From positions 1 through 45,307 of IMG/VR virus record IMGVR_UViG_3300036784_000063: a DNA stretch of 45,307 nucleotides, one strand, 5' to 3'. This stretch comes from a virus. Lineage: Duplodnaviria; Caudoviricetes. How positions within the stretch are numbered: position 1 is the stretch's first letter; every line of letters starts with the position of its first letter. The notes beneath the pieces are model-generated. The model was given only the letters and a program-made list of their open reading frames with translations. It was not told the DNA's origin and did no database searches. Shown piece after piece: positions 18,080 through 26,835 of the stretch. The translations under genes and the position numbers were made by a program.

Positions 18080-18664
18080 ATGTCTGCAACGATTGTAGAG
18101 GCTAACGAGTTCACCGCGGACATCACGGTCCCCACGGGCGGCGACACTCGCAACGCCGCGTCGGTTCTGTCGGCGTTTCAAGCGCTCGCGAACCGCACCA
18201 AGTACCTGAAGACCGGGCGCCTCGGCGTGCGCCTGATCAGCAACATCAGCTTTATTCAGGCCGTCTCGGGCACCGAGAACCCGTGGAACGTGTACGCGAG
18301 CGGCGAAATGCGCTCGAACAGTAGCAACGGGTACGCGTACCGCGGGCTCGACGATCTGCTCGTTCAAGGCGCGTCGTTCACGAACGTAAGCATGCGCGTC
18401 AAGCCGGGCGCCGCGCGTAGCTCTGGGCGCATGGGCCTGTACGTGCAGAAGTGCGCGATCTTCGGCGACGGCGAGTGGTCGATCATCGGCTCGTCTGGAA
18501 GCGGGTTCTCTGACGACGGCACCACGGCGTTGCAGACGATCAGCGCCGCCATTACCGAGACCGTCGACCTCTCGACGTACTCCTACATGATCGGCATTCG
18601 CGCCGGCACCGACGGCGACGTGCACGCCGATCAGTTCTACGGGGCTTCGATCACTCAGGGCTGA
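18080..18664 (+). CDS. Tail fibre/baseplate attachment protein
   Basis: FQALANRTKYLK N-terminal fibre motif. Confidence 0.65.
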   Translation: MSATIVEANEFTADITVPTGGDTRNAASVLSAFQALANRTKYLKTGRLGVRLISNISFIQAVSGTENPWNVYASGEMRSNSSNGYAYRGLDDLLVQGASFTNVSMRVKPGAARSSGRMGLYVQKCAIFGDGEWSIIGSSGSGFSDDGTTALQTISAAITETVDLSTYSYMIGIRAGTDGDVHADQFYGASITQG

Positions 18665-18673
18665 GGTGTCGCC

Positions 18674-20413
18674 GTGTCAATGCTCGATCTGCTCGGGGTA
18701 ACCCGCATCTTCCGAAACGGCGTCGAACAGCTCACGCGCAAGGCGATCAACTTCGTTGGTACCGGCGTGATCGTCACCGACGACCCGGCGAACAACCGGA
18801 TCAACGTCGAGATCGACGGGGGCGGAGGCGGCACGGGCGACGGCACCGTCACCGGCCCCGAGACGTCGACGGTGGGCCACGTCGCCACGTTCGGAAGCAC
18901 CGACGGCACCGAGCTCGCCGACGGCGCCGTAGCGCTCGCCGACCTTGCAACGAAAGCCTACGTCGACGCGCACGTGCCCGCGGGTGCCGGCGACGTCGTC
19001 GGCCCGAGCTCGGCCGTCGACGATCGGCTCGCCGCGTTCAACGGCACCACGGGCAAGCTGATCGAGGACTCGGGCATCAGCGCGGCCGACGTCGCGACGT
19101 TCCTCGCGAGCGTCACCTCGAGCGCGCCGATCATCTATCAAGGCCACTTCACCGATCCATGGGGGCCGCGCTCGACGACGAACACGTACGAGCAGATCGA
19201 CACGTACACAACGATCGTCGACGACATCGTTTCGGGCGGGATCGTGCGCACGGCGCACACGACGTTCACGGTGCCGCGCACCGGGTTTTATCGAGCGTAT
19301 GTGGCCGTCAACGAGTACGGGTACGCCCTCTTTCGGTGTCTGCGCGTGCGGAAAAACGGCGTCACCGTTCTGTCGCAAAACACGTTCACCGGCGCGTCGA
19401 CGAGCGAAACGGCAGAGACGCCGCTGTACGGCATGTTCGCGGCGAACGCTGGCGACTCGATCTCGTTCGAGGTGCTCGGCAACACGGCTTCACCAGGCTG
19501 GGCGATCGGCTCGCTCGGCGGCGAGCTGTGCCATATCGGAAACCTCTCGCTCGAGTACGTTCAGGCACCGCGCCTCGTCTCGCAAGCCGCGCCGGCCGCT
19601 AGCCCGTGGATCCGCGTCGCCGATGTGAACTTCACGCAAGCAGCGGCGCGCGCGTTCACCGGCAACGGCGCGACGGTGATCGACGGCTTGACGTGGACGC
19701 TCGAGAACATCGCCTCGGTCGCCTCACTCGCGATCGACGCGAACGGCCTGCGTTGGACATGCAACGCCGTCAACAGCGAGCGCTATCCGCAAGATCCGTC
19801 GAACGCGACGTGCCTCAAGGTCAAGCTCGCCGACGCGTGCCCCGGCTTCATTCTCGGCTCGTCGCGGCTGCGCATGTTCTGGCAGGGGTACAGCAACGGC
19901 AACGCGAATCACGAGGTCTTGCGGTGTGGCCTCGACCGCGATCCGTTCTCAAGCGGCCTCGGGCAAAACATTCCCGCGTGGGTATGGAACATCGGCGCGT
20001 TCGACAACGTCGCGCCGCACCGAGGCGTGTACTCGATCGTCAACGGGCCGAGCGGGTTCAAGCGCTACGACCTCGACTACACCGCGAAAACGCCGAACGA
20101 CTCGACGTTGCTGTACGGGATCGAGCTCCGCGACCTCGGGGAGATCGATTTCTTCTACGGCGCAACGGCCGCTGTCGACACGGACTCGAATGACGTCGCG
20201 TTCGCGGGCTCCAACATCAAGCTAGGCGCCTCGCTGCGCACGCCCTCGGGGGTGTCGACAGCGTTCGCGGACCCCGTGATCGCGGACTACGAGACGGCGT
20301 ACAACATCAAGTCGGCCGCCGACCTCGCGATCTCGCTGTCCGGGTACACCGTGAACACGGCTGCGCACGCGGTGCACACGCTCAAGCGCATGAGGATCGA
20401 GTACATCCCCTAA
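18674..20413 (+). CDS. Tail fibre/receptor-binding protein with internal repeats and C1q-like domain
   Basis: INFVGTGVIVTDD, two GD(V)VGP..S...A.F..T.G repeats, FTVPRTGFY...AGDSISFEV. Confidence 0.7.
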   Translation: MSMLDLLGVTRIFRNGVEQLTRKAINFVGTGVIVTDDPANNRINVEIDGGGGGTGDGTVTGPETSTVGHVATFGSTDGTELADGAVALADLATKAYVDAHVPAGAGDVVGPSSAVDDRLAAFNGTTGKLIEDSGISAADVATFLASVTSSAPIIYQGHFTDPWGPRSTTNTYEQIDTYTTIVDDIVSGGIVRTAHTTFTVPRTGFYRAYVAVNEYGYALFRCLRVRKNGVTVLSQNTFTGASTSETAETPLYGMFAANAGDSISFEVLGNTASPGWAIGSLGGELCHIGNLSLEYVQAPRLVSQAAPAASPWIRVADVNFTQAAARAFTGNGATVIDGLTWTLENIASVASLAIDANGLRWTCNAVNSERYPQDPSNATCLKVKLADACPGFILGSSRLRMFWQGYSNGNANHEVLRCGLDRDPFSSGLGQNIPAWVWNIGAFDNVAPHRGVYSIVNGPSGFKRYDLDYTAKTPNDSTLLYGIELRDLGEIDFFYGATAAVDTDSNDVAFAGSNIKLGASLRTPSGVSTAFADPVIADYETAYNIKSAADLAISLSGYTVNTAAHAVHTLKRMRIEYIP

Positions 20414-20418
20414 GCGGG

Positions 20419-20446
20419 TTGGTACGTTGGTACTTTGGTACTTTGG
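20419..20446 (+). repeat. 8-bp tandem array TTGGTACG-TTGGTACT-TTGGTACT-TTGG (parS-like)
   Basis: Read directly. Abuts the GGAGG RBS of the holin-like gene. Confidence 0.75.
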
Positions 20447-20458
20447 GAGGTTCCCGCC

Positions 20459-20893
20459 ATGAACGCATGCACGTCATTCTGCGCCGCTTTCTCCGACTTC
20501 CTCGGCCCGACGCTGGCGAACTGGATACTGATGGCGCTCGCCGCGGTGTTCCTCTGGCTGAAAGCGCACAAGAAGATCGCCGCGGCCGTCGCGCCGCTCG
20601 AACAGCGCGCCGTCGCCGCCGAAGCGAAGGTCGCGGACCTGCAAACCACCGTAGCGAAGATCGAGGGCTCGTTGCGCCCGGCCGCGCTTCCTCCCACGGG
20701 TTACACGCCGGTCGTGCCGCCCGTGATCGGCAAGAGCTCGAGTCAGTCGGGCAACTTCGAGCCGGTGACGATGCCCGAGCTCGACGCGTCGACGCCGAAG
20801 CCTCGGCCGAGCATGCCGGACCCGAACCTGATCAACCCGGTGATCCCGCGCGCGAGCGCAGTGCCGTCGATCGACGACGAGGGGGGCAAGTAA
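20459..20893 (+). CDS. Holin- or spanin-like membrane protein
   Basis: One TM helix (WILMALAAVFLWL), a coiled coil and a Pro-rich tail. GGAGG RBS, upstream of the endolysin. Confidence 0.55.
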   Translation: MNACTSFCAAFSDFLGPTLANWILMALAAVFLWLKAHKKIAAAVAPLEQRAVAAEAKVADLQTTVAKIEGSLRPAALPPTGYTPVVPPVIGKSSSQSGNFEPVTMPELDASTPKPRPSMPDPNLINPVIPRASAVPSIDDEGGK

Positions 20894-20894
20894 A

Positions 20895-21341
20895 GTGGCG
20901 GCAAAGCTCAACATCACCAAGATCGGCGCGATTGCGTCGGCCGCCGTCGGCGCCGGCCGCGCACTCGTCGCAACCGTCACCATCACCGGTAAGCCGCTCC
21001 GCGCGCGCGACGAGCCGGCCTCGGTGAAGTTCATGGGGATCCCCATCTTCAACCGTGACTCGAACCTCGAGCGCACGTACCTCGGCGGGCTCATCAAGCG
21101 CGGCCGTTCGGCGTACGCAAAGCAAGCGCTCGCGGCGAAAGGGATCACGACGTCGGCCGCGGGTAGTACCAGCTCGAGCGCGTCGGGGTCGAAAACGTCG
21201 ACGGCTCCCGAGCCTCTCACCGAGGCGGATCTCGAGACGTTCGAGAGCGAGATCAAGTCGGCCGAGGAAGCGTTCGCAAAGATCGGCACCGCTGCGAGCT
21301 CGGGTAATACCGCGGACGCCAAACCGGGCGGCGCGAAGTGA
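20895..21341 (+). CDS. Hypothetical lysis-region protein
   Basis: Fills the gap between the holin-like gene and the endolysin, coupled. Confidence 0.6.
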   Translation: MAAKLNITKIGAIASAAVGAGRALVATVTITGKPLRARDEPASVKFMGIPIFNRDSNLERTYLGGLIKRGRSAYAKQALAAKGITTSAAGSTSSSASGSKTSTAPEPLTEADLETFESEIKSAEEAFAKIGTAASSGNTADAKPGGAK

Positions 21342-21979
21342 CCGAGCGCTCGATCATCGTCGGCGGTCAAGCGTTCCCGTGCCTCGTTCCGGTGCACACC
21401 ATGCTCGAGACGGGGTTGCACTTCACGGCGCGCACCCGTGTCGAGACGCGTTGGAGCGTGAACCATTGGACAGCGAGCGAGAACGAGGCCGAGCGCGTGT
21501 TCGAGAACCTCTTGCGCAATAAGCGCTCGGTGCACTTCGTGGTCGACCAGCGCGGCGAGGCTTTCCAGTTCGCCGACACCGCGGCTCGTCTCGCGCACGC
21601 TGTCGAGAACGGCGGCAACTCCTACGGCGTCGGAATCGAGATCGTGAACATGGGGAGCGGCCCGGCGTCGCGCGACTTCCCGCGCGTGCGCAAGACCGAG
21701 CGCATTCACGGCCGCCCGGTGACGTACGGCGCGTTCTACGAGGCGCAGATCCAAACCGTGATCCTCTTGAATCAGGCGATCTGCGCGGCGTACGGCTTGC
21801 CCGTGGTGGTGCCGCTCGGCGACGACGGCGACGTGTTCGCCGAGGTTCTACCGCCCGCACGCCTCGCGACGTTTCGCGGCGCGCTCGGACACATGAACCT
21901 CGACGCGCAGAAGGTCGACCCCGCGCCCGAGCTACTCCGACGCATCCACGCGGCCGGCGCCGGCTTGCCCGTCGCCTAG
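21338..21979 (+). CDS. N-acetylmuramoyl-L-alanine amidase endolysin (Amidase_2)
   Basis: VNHWTA, SVHFVVD, AHA, VGIEIVN and GH...KVDP motifs. Confidence 0.88.
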   Translation: MTERSIIVGGQAFPCLVPVHTMLETGLHFTARTRVETRWSVNHWTASENEAERVFENLLRNKRSVHFVVDQRGEAFQFADTAARLAHAVENGGNSYGVGIEIVNMGSGPASRDFPRVRKTERIHGRPVTYGAFYEAQIQTVILLNQAICAAYGLPVVVPLGDDGDVFAEVLPPARLATFRGALGHMNLDAQKVDPAPELLRRIHAAGAGLPVA

Positions 21980-22144
21980 CGGCGCGAGCTCGAGGTGCAC
22001 CGGCCGCTCGTCATCGTGCGTCCACCAATGCGCGAGCACGCACACCACGAACAGCGCGGCGAGCCCGACCATGAGCCACACCTCGGCCGAGTCGGGCTCG
22101 TTGTCGCTTTGCTGCTTTGGTACTTTGGTACCTTGCCGCGTCAC
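21932..22144 (-). CDS. Small membrane protein
   Basis: GTGA-coupled start and one TM helix (VWLMVGLAALFVVCVLAHWW). Confidence 0.45.
   Translation of the reverse strand: MTRQGTKVPKQQSDNEPDSAEVWLMVGLAALFVVCVLAHWWTHDDERPVHLELAPLGDGQAGAGRVDASE
22101..22140 (+). repeat. Five 8-bp units TTGTCGCT-TTGCTGCT-TTGGTACT-TTGGTACC-TTGCCGCG
   Basis: Read directly. TTG recurs with 8-bp periodicity. Confidence 0.7.
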
Positions 22145-22392
22145 GTGTCGGGGTTCCACGGGAGCCGGCCGCGGCCGTCGCACCCGCACTCGGATCCGGG
22201 CACGATCCGCGTGAGCCCGAAGCGCTCGACGCCGGCCGCCTCGCGCGTCTCGTACTGGCCGCAGAACTTCGCGCCGTACAGCGTGAACATGCGCTCGCGC
22301 GCTTCCTCCCACGTGCCCGGTAGCTCGACGTAGCAACCGAACAGCGAGAGGCCGCACGAGCACATGTGCCCGCTACCGAACGTGAAGATCAC
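22141..22392 (-). CDS. Hypothetical phage protein (FTFGxGH type)
   Basis: IFTFGSGH...CYVELPG...ARERMF..YG..FCGQY, coupled start. Confidence 0.65.
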   Translation of the reverse strand: MIFTFGSGHMCSCGLSLFGCYVELPGTWEEARERMFTLYGAKFCGQYETREAAGVERFGLTRIVPGSECGCDGRGRLPWNPDT

Positions 22393-22625
22393 GACGACCC
22401 GCCCGATGCGTCGAGCCCGCGACACTTGAGGATCACGTTTCCGAGGATCGCTTTCGCCTTCTCGGCTGGAAACTGCAGATTCGCCGCGAGGCGGCCGGAC
22501 ACCGTGAGAAGGGCGGCGAGCGCGTCGGCGTCCGACACGCTCGAGTTGTCGATCAGGCGAGCGATCGACCTTGCGAGTTCTGCCTCGCTGTCGGGTACGG
22601 GTGCGACGGCCGCTCGCTTGCTCAT
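22389..22625 (-). CDS. Hypothetical protein
   Basis: Operon tiling. Confidence 0.55.
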   Translation of the reverse strand: MSKRAAVAPVPDSEAELARSIARLIDNSSVSDADALAALLTVSGRLAANLQFPAEKAKAILGNVILKCRGLDASGGSS

Positions 22626-22627
22626 GG

Positions 22628-22855
22628 CTACGCGACCCGCTTCTCGTTCTTGGGTTTCGCGAGGAGCGGCGGCGCCTCGGCGAGCCGCATCGCTGCGCGG
22701 AGTCGTCGCGCCGAGATCCGCATGTCGAGGTCGGCGTCGACGGCGAACGCGAGTAGCTTGTACTCCTCGACCTTCGCGAGTAGGTGTTTGCACAACGCGA
22801 GCTCGGTGCGCATGTCACCGTCGGCCGGCAAGGGTGGGGGGCGCCGCCGTCTCAT
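22628..22855 (-). CDS. Hypothetical protein
   Basis: ATGA-coupled operon tiling. Confidence 0.5.
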   Translation of the reverse strand: MRRRRPPPLPADGDMRTELALCKHLLAKVEEYKLLAFAVDADLDMRISARRLRAAMRLAEAPPLLAKPKNEKRVA

Positions 22856-23214
22856 GCCCAGCGCTCCGCGACTTGGTCGATTGCCTCCTCGACGTTGCGC
22901 GCGCGCAGCGGCGCAAACTTCACGAACGCTGCGCCGTCGTGCACGAGCTCGGCCCACTCGCCGACGGTGTCGCGGTAGACGATGCGGCGGCCCTTGATCG
23001 GCCCGTACACCTCGCCGCAATACCGCACGACGGCCTCGGCGTCGTTCGTGACGCTCACCTCGCCGTCGCGATCGAGCACGGTGATCACCATGCGCTCGCC
23101 GCCCTCACCGGGGACGCCGAGAGGGCCGTATTTCAGGCCGAGTTGCCGCATTTCCACCGAGAACAGCGCGCGGGGGAGGTGACGGCGTTGGCGTTCAACG
23201 ACCGGCTCGTTCAT
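22852..23214 (-). CDS. Hypothetical phage protein (SVTNDAE motif)
   Basis: SVTNDAEAVV...RRIVYRDT.GEW.EL...F..F.P, coupled. Confidence 0.65.
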   Translation of the reverse strand: MNEPVVERQRRHLPRALFSVEMRQLGLKYGPLGVPGEGGERMVITVLDRDGEVSVTNDAEAVVRYCGEVYGPIKGRRIVYRDTVGEWAELVHDGAAFVKFAPLRARNVEEAIDQVAERWA

Positions 23215-23648
23215 GGCGACACCCCGACGATCTCGACGTCGGCGTTACCGAGTCTGATTCCGAGTGCAGCGCCCACCATCTCGGCGACGTTCTGGGGCGT
23301 GATCTCGAACAGCTCATCTTTCAGGGCGTCGGCGAACGCGCGCGCAGCGTCCGACAGCATGAAGTCGAGCGCCTTCGTGATGAACCCGGTCACCTCGCGG
23401 AGCGTGACGCCCTTTTTCCCGCGCTTCTGCACGAGGTACTCGATCACCTTGCGCGAGAACACGCGCGACAGCGATGCGAACACGATCAGCTCGTACGGCG
23501 TGCGCTCGGTGTCGCCGACAGCGCCCGCGGCCCACCTATCGCCGCGCTCGCGCAACAGACCGAGAAGCGCTTTGAACAGCTCCTCGCCCTCGCACCCCTC
23601 GCACCCCTCGGTCGTCTCGCACTTCTCTTGCGTCTGGTCGGTATTCAT
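23211..23648 (-). CDS. Hypothetical protein
   Basis: Coupled ORF. Confidence 0.6.
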   Translation of the reverse strand: MNTDQTQEKCETTEGCEGCEGEELFKALLGLLRERGDRWAAGAVGDTERTPYELIVFASLSRVFSRKVIEYLVQKRGKKGVTLREVTGFITKALDFMLSDAARAFADALKDELFEITPQNVAEMVGAALGIRLGNADVEIVGVSP

Positions 23649-24052
23649 ATCGAAGCCTTCAACATGGATCGGAGCCTGTGGTTTTCGGCGCGGAGCAACA
23701 CGAGCTCTTCTCGCTCGCTCGGTGCGAGCGGAGCGTCGAGCCGGTGCACGGGGCCGAGTGCGATGTGCAGTTGCCGGTGATCAGCAACGGGGGAGGGTGC
23801 CGGCTCGCGCTTGGCGAGCGGCGTCGACGCTGGCGCCGTGACGATGGCGCTGCTCTTACTTGGCCTCGGCGCGACGAGCTCGCCGTTACGAGCCTGCCGA
23901 GCCCACAAGTACAAGCTCTGTTCGGTTAGACAAAGCTCCTCGGCGAGCTCGCGCGCCGGCTTGTCGCCGCGCTCGTTGAAGCGCTTCACGTAGCCGAGTT
24001 TCTCCTCGACGGTGAAGCGACGACGCGCAGTGGTGTCAGCAGTCGCGATCAT
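23645..24052 (-). CDS. IS3 OrfA-like HTH protein without transposase OrfB
   Basis: RRRFTVEEK...ARELAEELCLTEQSLYLWARQ and the zipper EREELVLLRAENHRLR. Confidence 0.7.
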   Translation of the reverse strand: MIATADTTARRRFTVEEKLGYVKRFNERGDKPARELAEELCLTEQSLYLWARQARNGELVAPRPSKSSAIVTAPASTPLAKREPAPSPVADHRQLHIALGPVHRLDAPLAPSEREELVLLRAENHRLRSMLKASI

Positions 24053-24401
24053 AGAACACTCGCACCGGGATCCCGGTGTGCAGTGAGATCACGTCGACTG
24101 TTGCCGTCGACACGGTGAGCTGTTCACCTCGAAGGATCGCCCACCCGGTGCGCTCGTTCAGGCCGAGTTGCCGACTCGCTTCGGCGATCCACCCGTGTTC
24201 GAGCTCGTTGAAGTCGTAACCGAGGTCGTAGCCAAACTCGCGAATGCGAGTGCACGCGAGCTCGCCACTCGGCGTTAGCTCCGCGGCGTTGCGAAGTCGT
24301 CGCTTCGGAAACTCGCCGCGAGCCTTCAACAGTCTGTGATCGGTTGCATACTCGTGTTGCGGCAATGACGTGGCCGCACGTCGAGCGGTTGACGCTGACA
24401 T
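24036..24401 (-). CDS. XRE-like HTH regulator
   Basis: IAEASRQLGLNERTGWAILRG...TVDVISLHTGIPV, GGGAGG RBS. Confidence 0.6.
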   Translation of the reverse strand: MSASTARRAATSLPQHEYATDHRLLKARGEFPKRRLRNAAELTPSGELACTRIREFGYDLGYDFNELEHGWIAEASRQLGLNERTGWAILRGEQLTVSTATVDVISLHTGIPVRVFYDRDC

Positions 24402-24478
24402 CTAGGGTGCCTCCCGTTATATCGTCGCGTTCTACCGCAATCCAGCTAGCACGCGTCCAAAAAAGAGCAGACGTACCC

Positions 24479-25642
24479 CTAATCGAGATGCACCGCGTCA
24501 CGCCCGCCGAGCCTGTCGAGCGCCTCGTCACGCTCTGTTCGCAGCTTCTCGGCCGCGGCTTTCCACTCGGCCTCGGGCATATCGCGGTCGGCAATCTCGC
24601 TTAGAGCTTCGGCCCAACGATCGCGCACAGCTCGCCGAGCTTCGCGTGTCTCACGCGTGACAAGTGGCGGCGCCGACGGCTCGGGAAGCACCATGTGCAG
24701 CGTGCACACACCCTTCGAGTTGAATTCGAAATACTCGCGCGGGGGCTCTTTCGTCGGTGGTGGCTCGAAGTCCCCCCAGTCGATCCACCCGTCGTGACGC
24801 GCCGCCTCGGCCGCCTCGAGCTCGCGCGTTCGTCGCGCCTCTTGCGCGGCCGTGTGCAGCACATTTCCGGCGCGAGCTCGCTTGAAGCAATCCCAAAAGT
24901 ACCCGCCGAAGTTGCTGATCGGCTCGTCGGCGCCGCGCTTTGCAATCGTCTGCAATGCGAGCTCGGTCGCCGTGCGAACCTCGGCGCACTGTCGCCGCCG
25001 CAACGCCGGCATGAGCTCCCACGCGAGCGCGGCCCCGTGCGAAGCCTTGACGAGCTCGAACGCTTCGCGCACCCCCTCGCCCTCGTTGCCGCGCATGCAC
25101 CGCGGAACCGACTCGAGCGAACGCACCCGCGCCGCCGATCTCGGCTTGGAAAGGGGAGGTTTTGAAACCGACGCAGCTTCGCGCACGCGCGCGGATCTGA
25201 TCTGCGGGGGATCCTCTAGATCAAGCTTCTCAGGTAAGAGATCAGGGTTCTCGGAATACGCCTCTACCCCCTGACTATGAATGTCTCGAGTCGGAGCCTC
25301 GCGATACTCGCGCACGAACCACGCGGGCTCGCCGACGTTGCGGTGCGCTGGCGGGAGAATGCGGCGGCGTACGGTGAGCGTCGAGCGCCGGTGCATGAGC
25401 TGCACCTCGCGGAAGCGGCGGCCGTACGTCCGACGGATCTCGCCGATGGCGCGGCGCACGTGGCGCTCGCTGACTCCGCACCGTTGCGCGAGCTCGGCGA
25501 CGCTCTCGGCGCACCACCCTTGCGCGAAAAGCTCGCGGAGCTTGGCGTACGCCGACCGCTCGTCGGGCTCACGTGTGACGTCTGAGTGCAGGGAGTGGGC
25601 AAAAGCTTGCGCACCCGCGGCACCCGGTTTAGGTTGCGGCAT
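24479..25642 (-). CDS. Putative replication initiator (N-terminal HTH)
   Basis: SVAELAQRCGVSERHVRRAIGEI HTH, low-complexity linker, ISNFGGYF C-terminal motif (RepC/DnaD-like), near parA. Confidence 0.55.
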   Translation of the reverse strand: MPQPKPGAAGAQAFAHSLHSDVTREPDERSAYAKLRELFAQGWCAESVAELAQRCGVSERHVRRAIGEIRRTYGRRFREVQLMHRRSTLTVRRRILPPAHRNVGEPAWFVREYREAPTRDIHSQGVEAYSENPDLLPEKLDLEDPPQIRSARVREAASVSKPPLSKPRSAARVRSLESVPRCMRGNEGEGVREAFELVKASHGAALAWELMPALRRRQCAEVRTATELALQTIAKRGADEPISNFGGYFWDCFKRARAGNVLHTAAQEARRTRELEAAEAARHDGWIDWGDFEPPPTKEPPREYFEFNSKGVCTLHMVLPEPSAPPLVTRETREARRAVRDRWAEALSEIADRDMPEAEWKAAAEKLRTERDEALDRLGGRDAVHLD

Positions 25643-25982
25643 CTAGGGTTCGGTGAAAGCGCTCGACGACGTCAAATGGCCCGGCAAGGCCGACGCGTTG
25701 GGCGCTTTCGATTTTCTAGGGTTGCGGTTTAGGGGCGCTGGCCCCCGCTCGTTTTGTCTACCGTGCCCGTGTTACGCCTCCCTGCAATGGTTACGCAAGG
25801 AAAGTGCAAACTCGCTTGCCGAGATCACTCGCTTTTCGGGCGTCGCATTTCGCCGAGGCGGCGATCGTTGGCGATCTCCGGCGATCCGTCCGGCCACGAG
25901 CTCGGTGCGCTTACGCTCGGTTTCGCGGCCAAACCAGCTCACCCGGGCTAAAGGTTCGGCACGCAGTGACGAAAACTAGGGT

Positions 25983-26111
25983 ATGCGTATCGCCCTCGTC
26001 CTCGTCCTCGCTGCTCTCGTGTCGTTCGCTGCTCGCACGCTAGAGCGTGACGCCGCGTCGTTGCAGCTCGCGCACGCGCACCAAGTCGAGCGCGCCCTCG
26101 AGATTCACTAG
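25983..26111 (+). CDS. 42-aa peptide with signal-peptide-like N-terminus
   Basis: Translated by hand: MRIALVLVLAALVSFAARTLERDAASLQLAHAHQVERALEIH. Below the ORF-track cutoff. Confidence 0.4.
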   Translation: MRIALVLVLAALVSFAARTLERDAASLQLAHAHQVERALEIH

Positions 26112-26185
26112 AGCGTCACGACATAACGCCGGGGCGAGTCACCCCGCACCGACGGCCGGCGCCGACACACGGCAACGGAACACGC

Positions 26186-26440
26186 CTAGCGGTTGCGTTC
26201 GACGCGCACGCCGGGGGCCTTCTCGCCGATCTCGCGCGCGCCCTTGGCCACTCGCTCCGCGTGCGCTTCGGCTTCGGCCTCGGTGTCGTACGGCTCGCTC
26301 TCGTGCACTTCGCTCTCGTCGCCGAGGGTGAGCCGCACGAACGCGAGCCACTTGCCGTCGCTCTCGCGCCGCATCACCCCGGACTGCACGCGCACGCCCT
26401 CGCCGCGCGCCTTCGAGGCCCGTCGCTGGTGCCGGTTCAT
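26186..26440 (-). CDS. Hypothetical protein
   Basis: MNRHQRRA start, GGAGG RBS, coupled. Confidence 0.6.
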   Translation of the reverse strand: MNRHQRRASKARGEGVRVQSGVMRRESDGKWLAFVRLTLGDESEVHESEPYDTEAEAEAHAERVAKGAREIGEKAPGVRVERNR

Positions 26441-26835
26441 GGTTCGGCCTCGGGTGGCGCACCGGCCACACGCTTGCGCTCCCCGCGGCGCTCGGCGATC
26501 ACTCGGGCGCCGTGCTCGAACGCTGCGCCCATCGTCGTCCACCCGTCGCGCTGATCGATCACGCCACCGTCGCACGCAACGGACGCGTAGGAACCGAGGT
26601 ACCGCATCACCATGACGGCGCACACCTCGGGATCCTCGGGTGGCTCGCCGGGTGGCACCGCGGTCCCGGTCTTGAGCGACGCGGCCCACCGCTCGCCCTG
26701 TTTGGTTTCGTCGCGGCACTCGGCGCACCGCACTACGAGCGACGCTGTCACGCCGGGCGGAACGGACCACGGATCAAGCGGCAACATCCCCGACGGCCGG
26801 CCGCAGAACATGCACGGTTGTGTTTGAAACGTCAC
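26437..26835 (-). CDS. Hypothetical CxxC protein
   Basis: CMFC...CAEC, coupled. Confidence 0.55.
   Translation of the reverse strand: MTFQTQPCMFCGRPSGMLPLDPWSVPPGVTASLVVRCAECRDETKQGERWAASLKTGTAVPPGEPPEDPEVCAVMVMRYLGSYASVACDGGVIDQRDGWTTMGAAFEHGARVIAERRGERKRVAGAPPEAEP

Noticed and set aside
18674-20413. Diversity-generating retroelement or invertible fibre cassette
   Set aside because: No reverse transcriptase, invertase or template repeat found.
20419-20446. CRISPR array or mini-array
   Set aside because: The units are 8 bp and contiguous with no spacers, and there are no cas genes.
23645-24052. Active IS3 element
   Set aside because: No DDE OrfB, terminal inverted repeats or target duplication seen.
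25643-25982. tRNA or known ncRNA in the intergenic region
   Set aside because: No cloverleaf or recognisable family motif by eye. A covariance-model search would be needed to exclude one.
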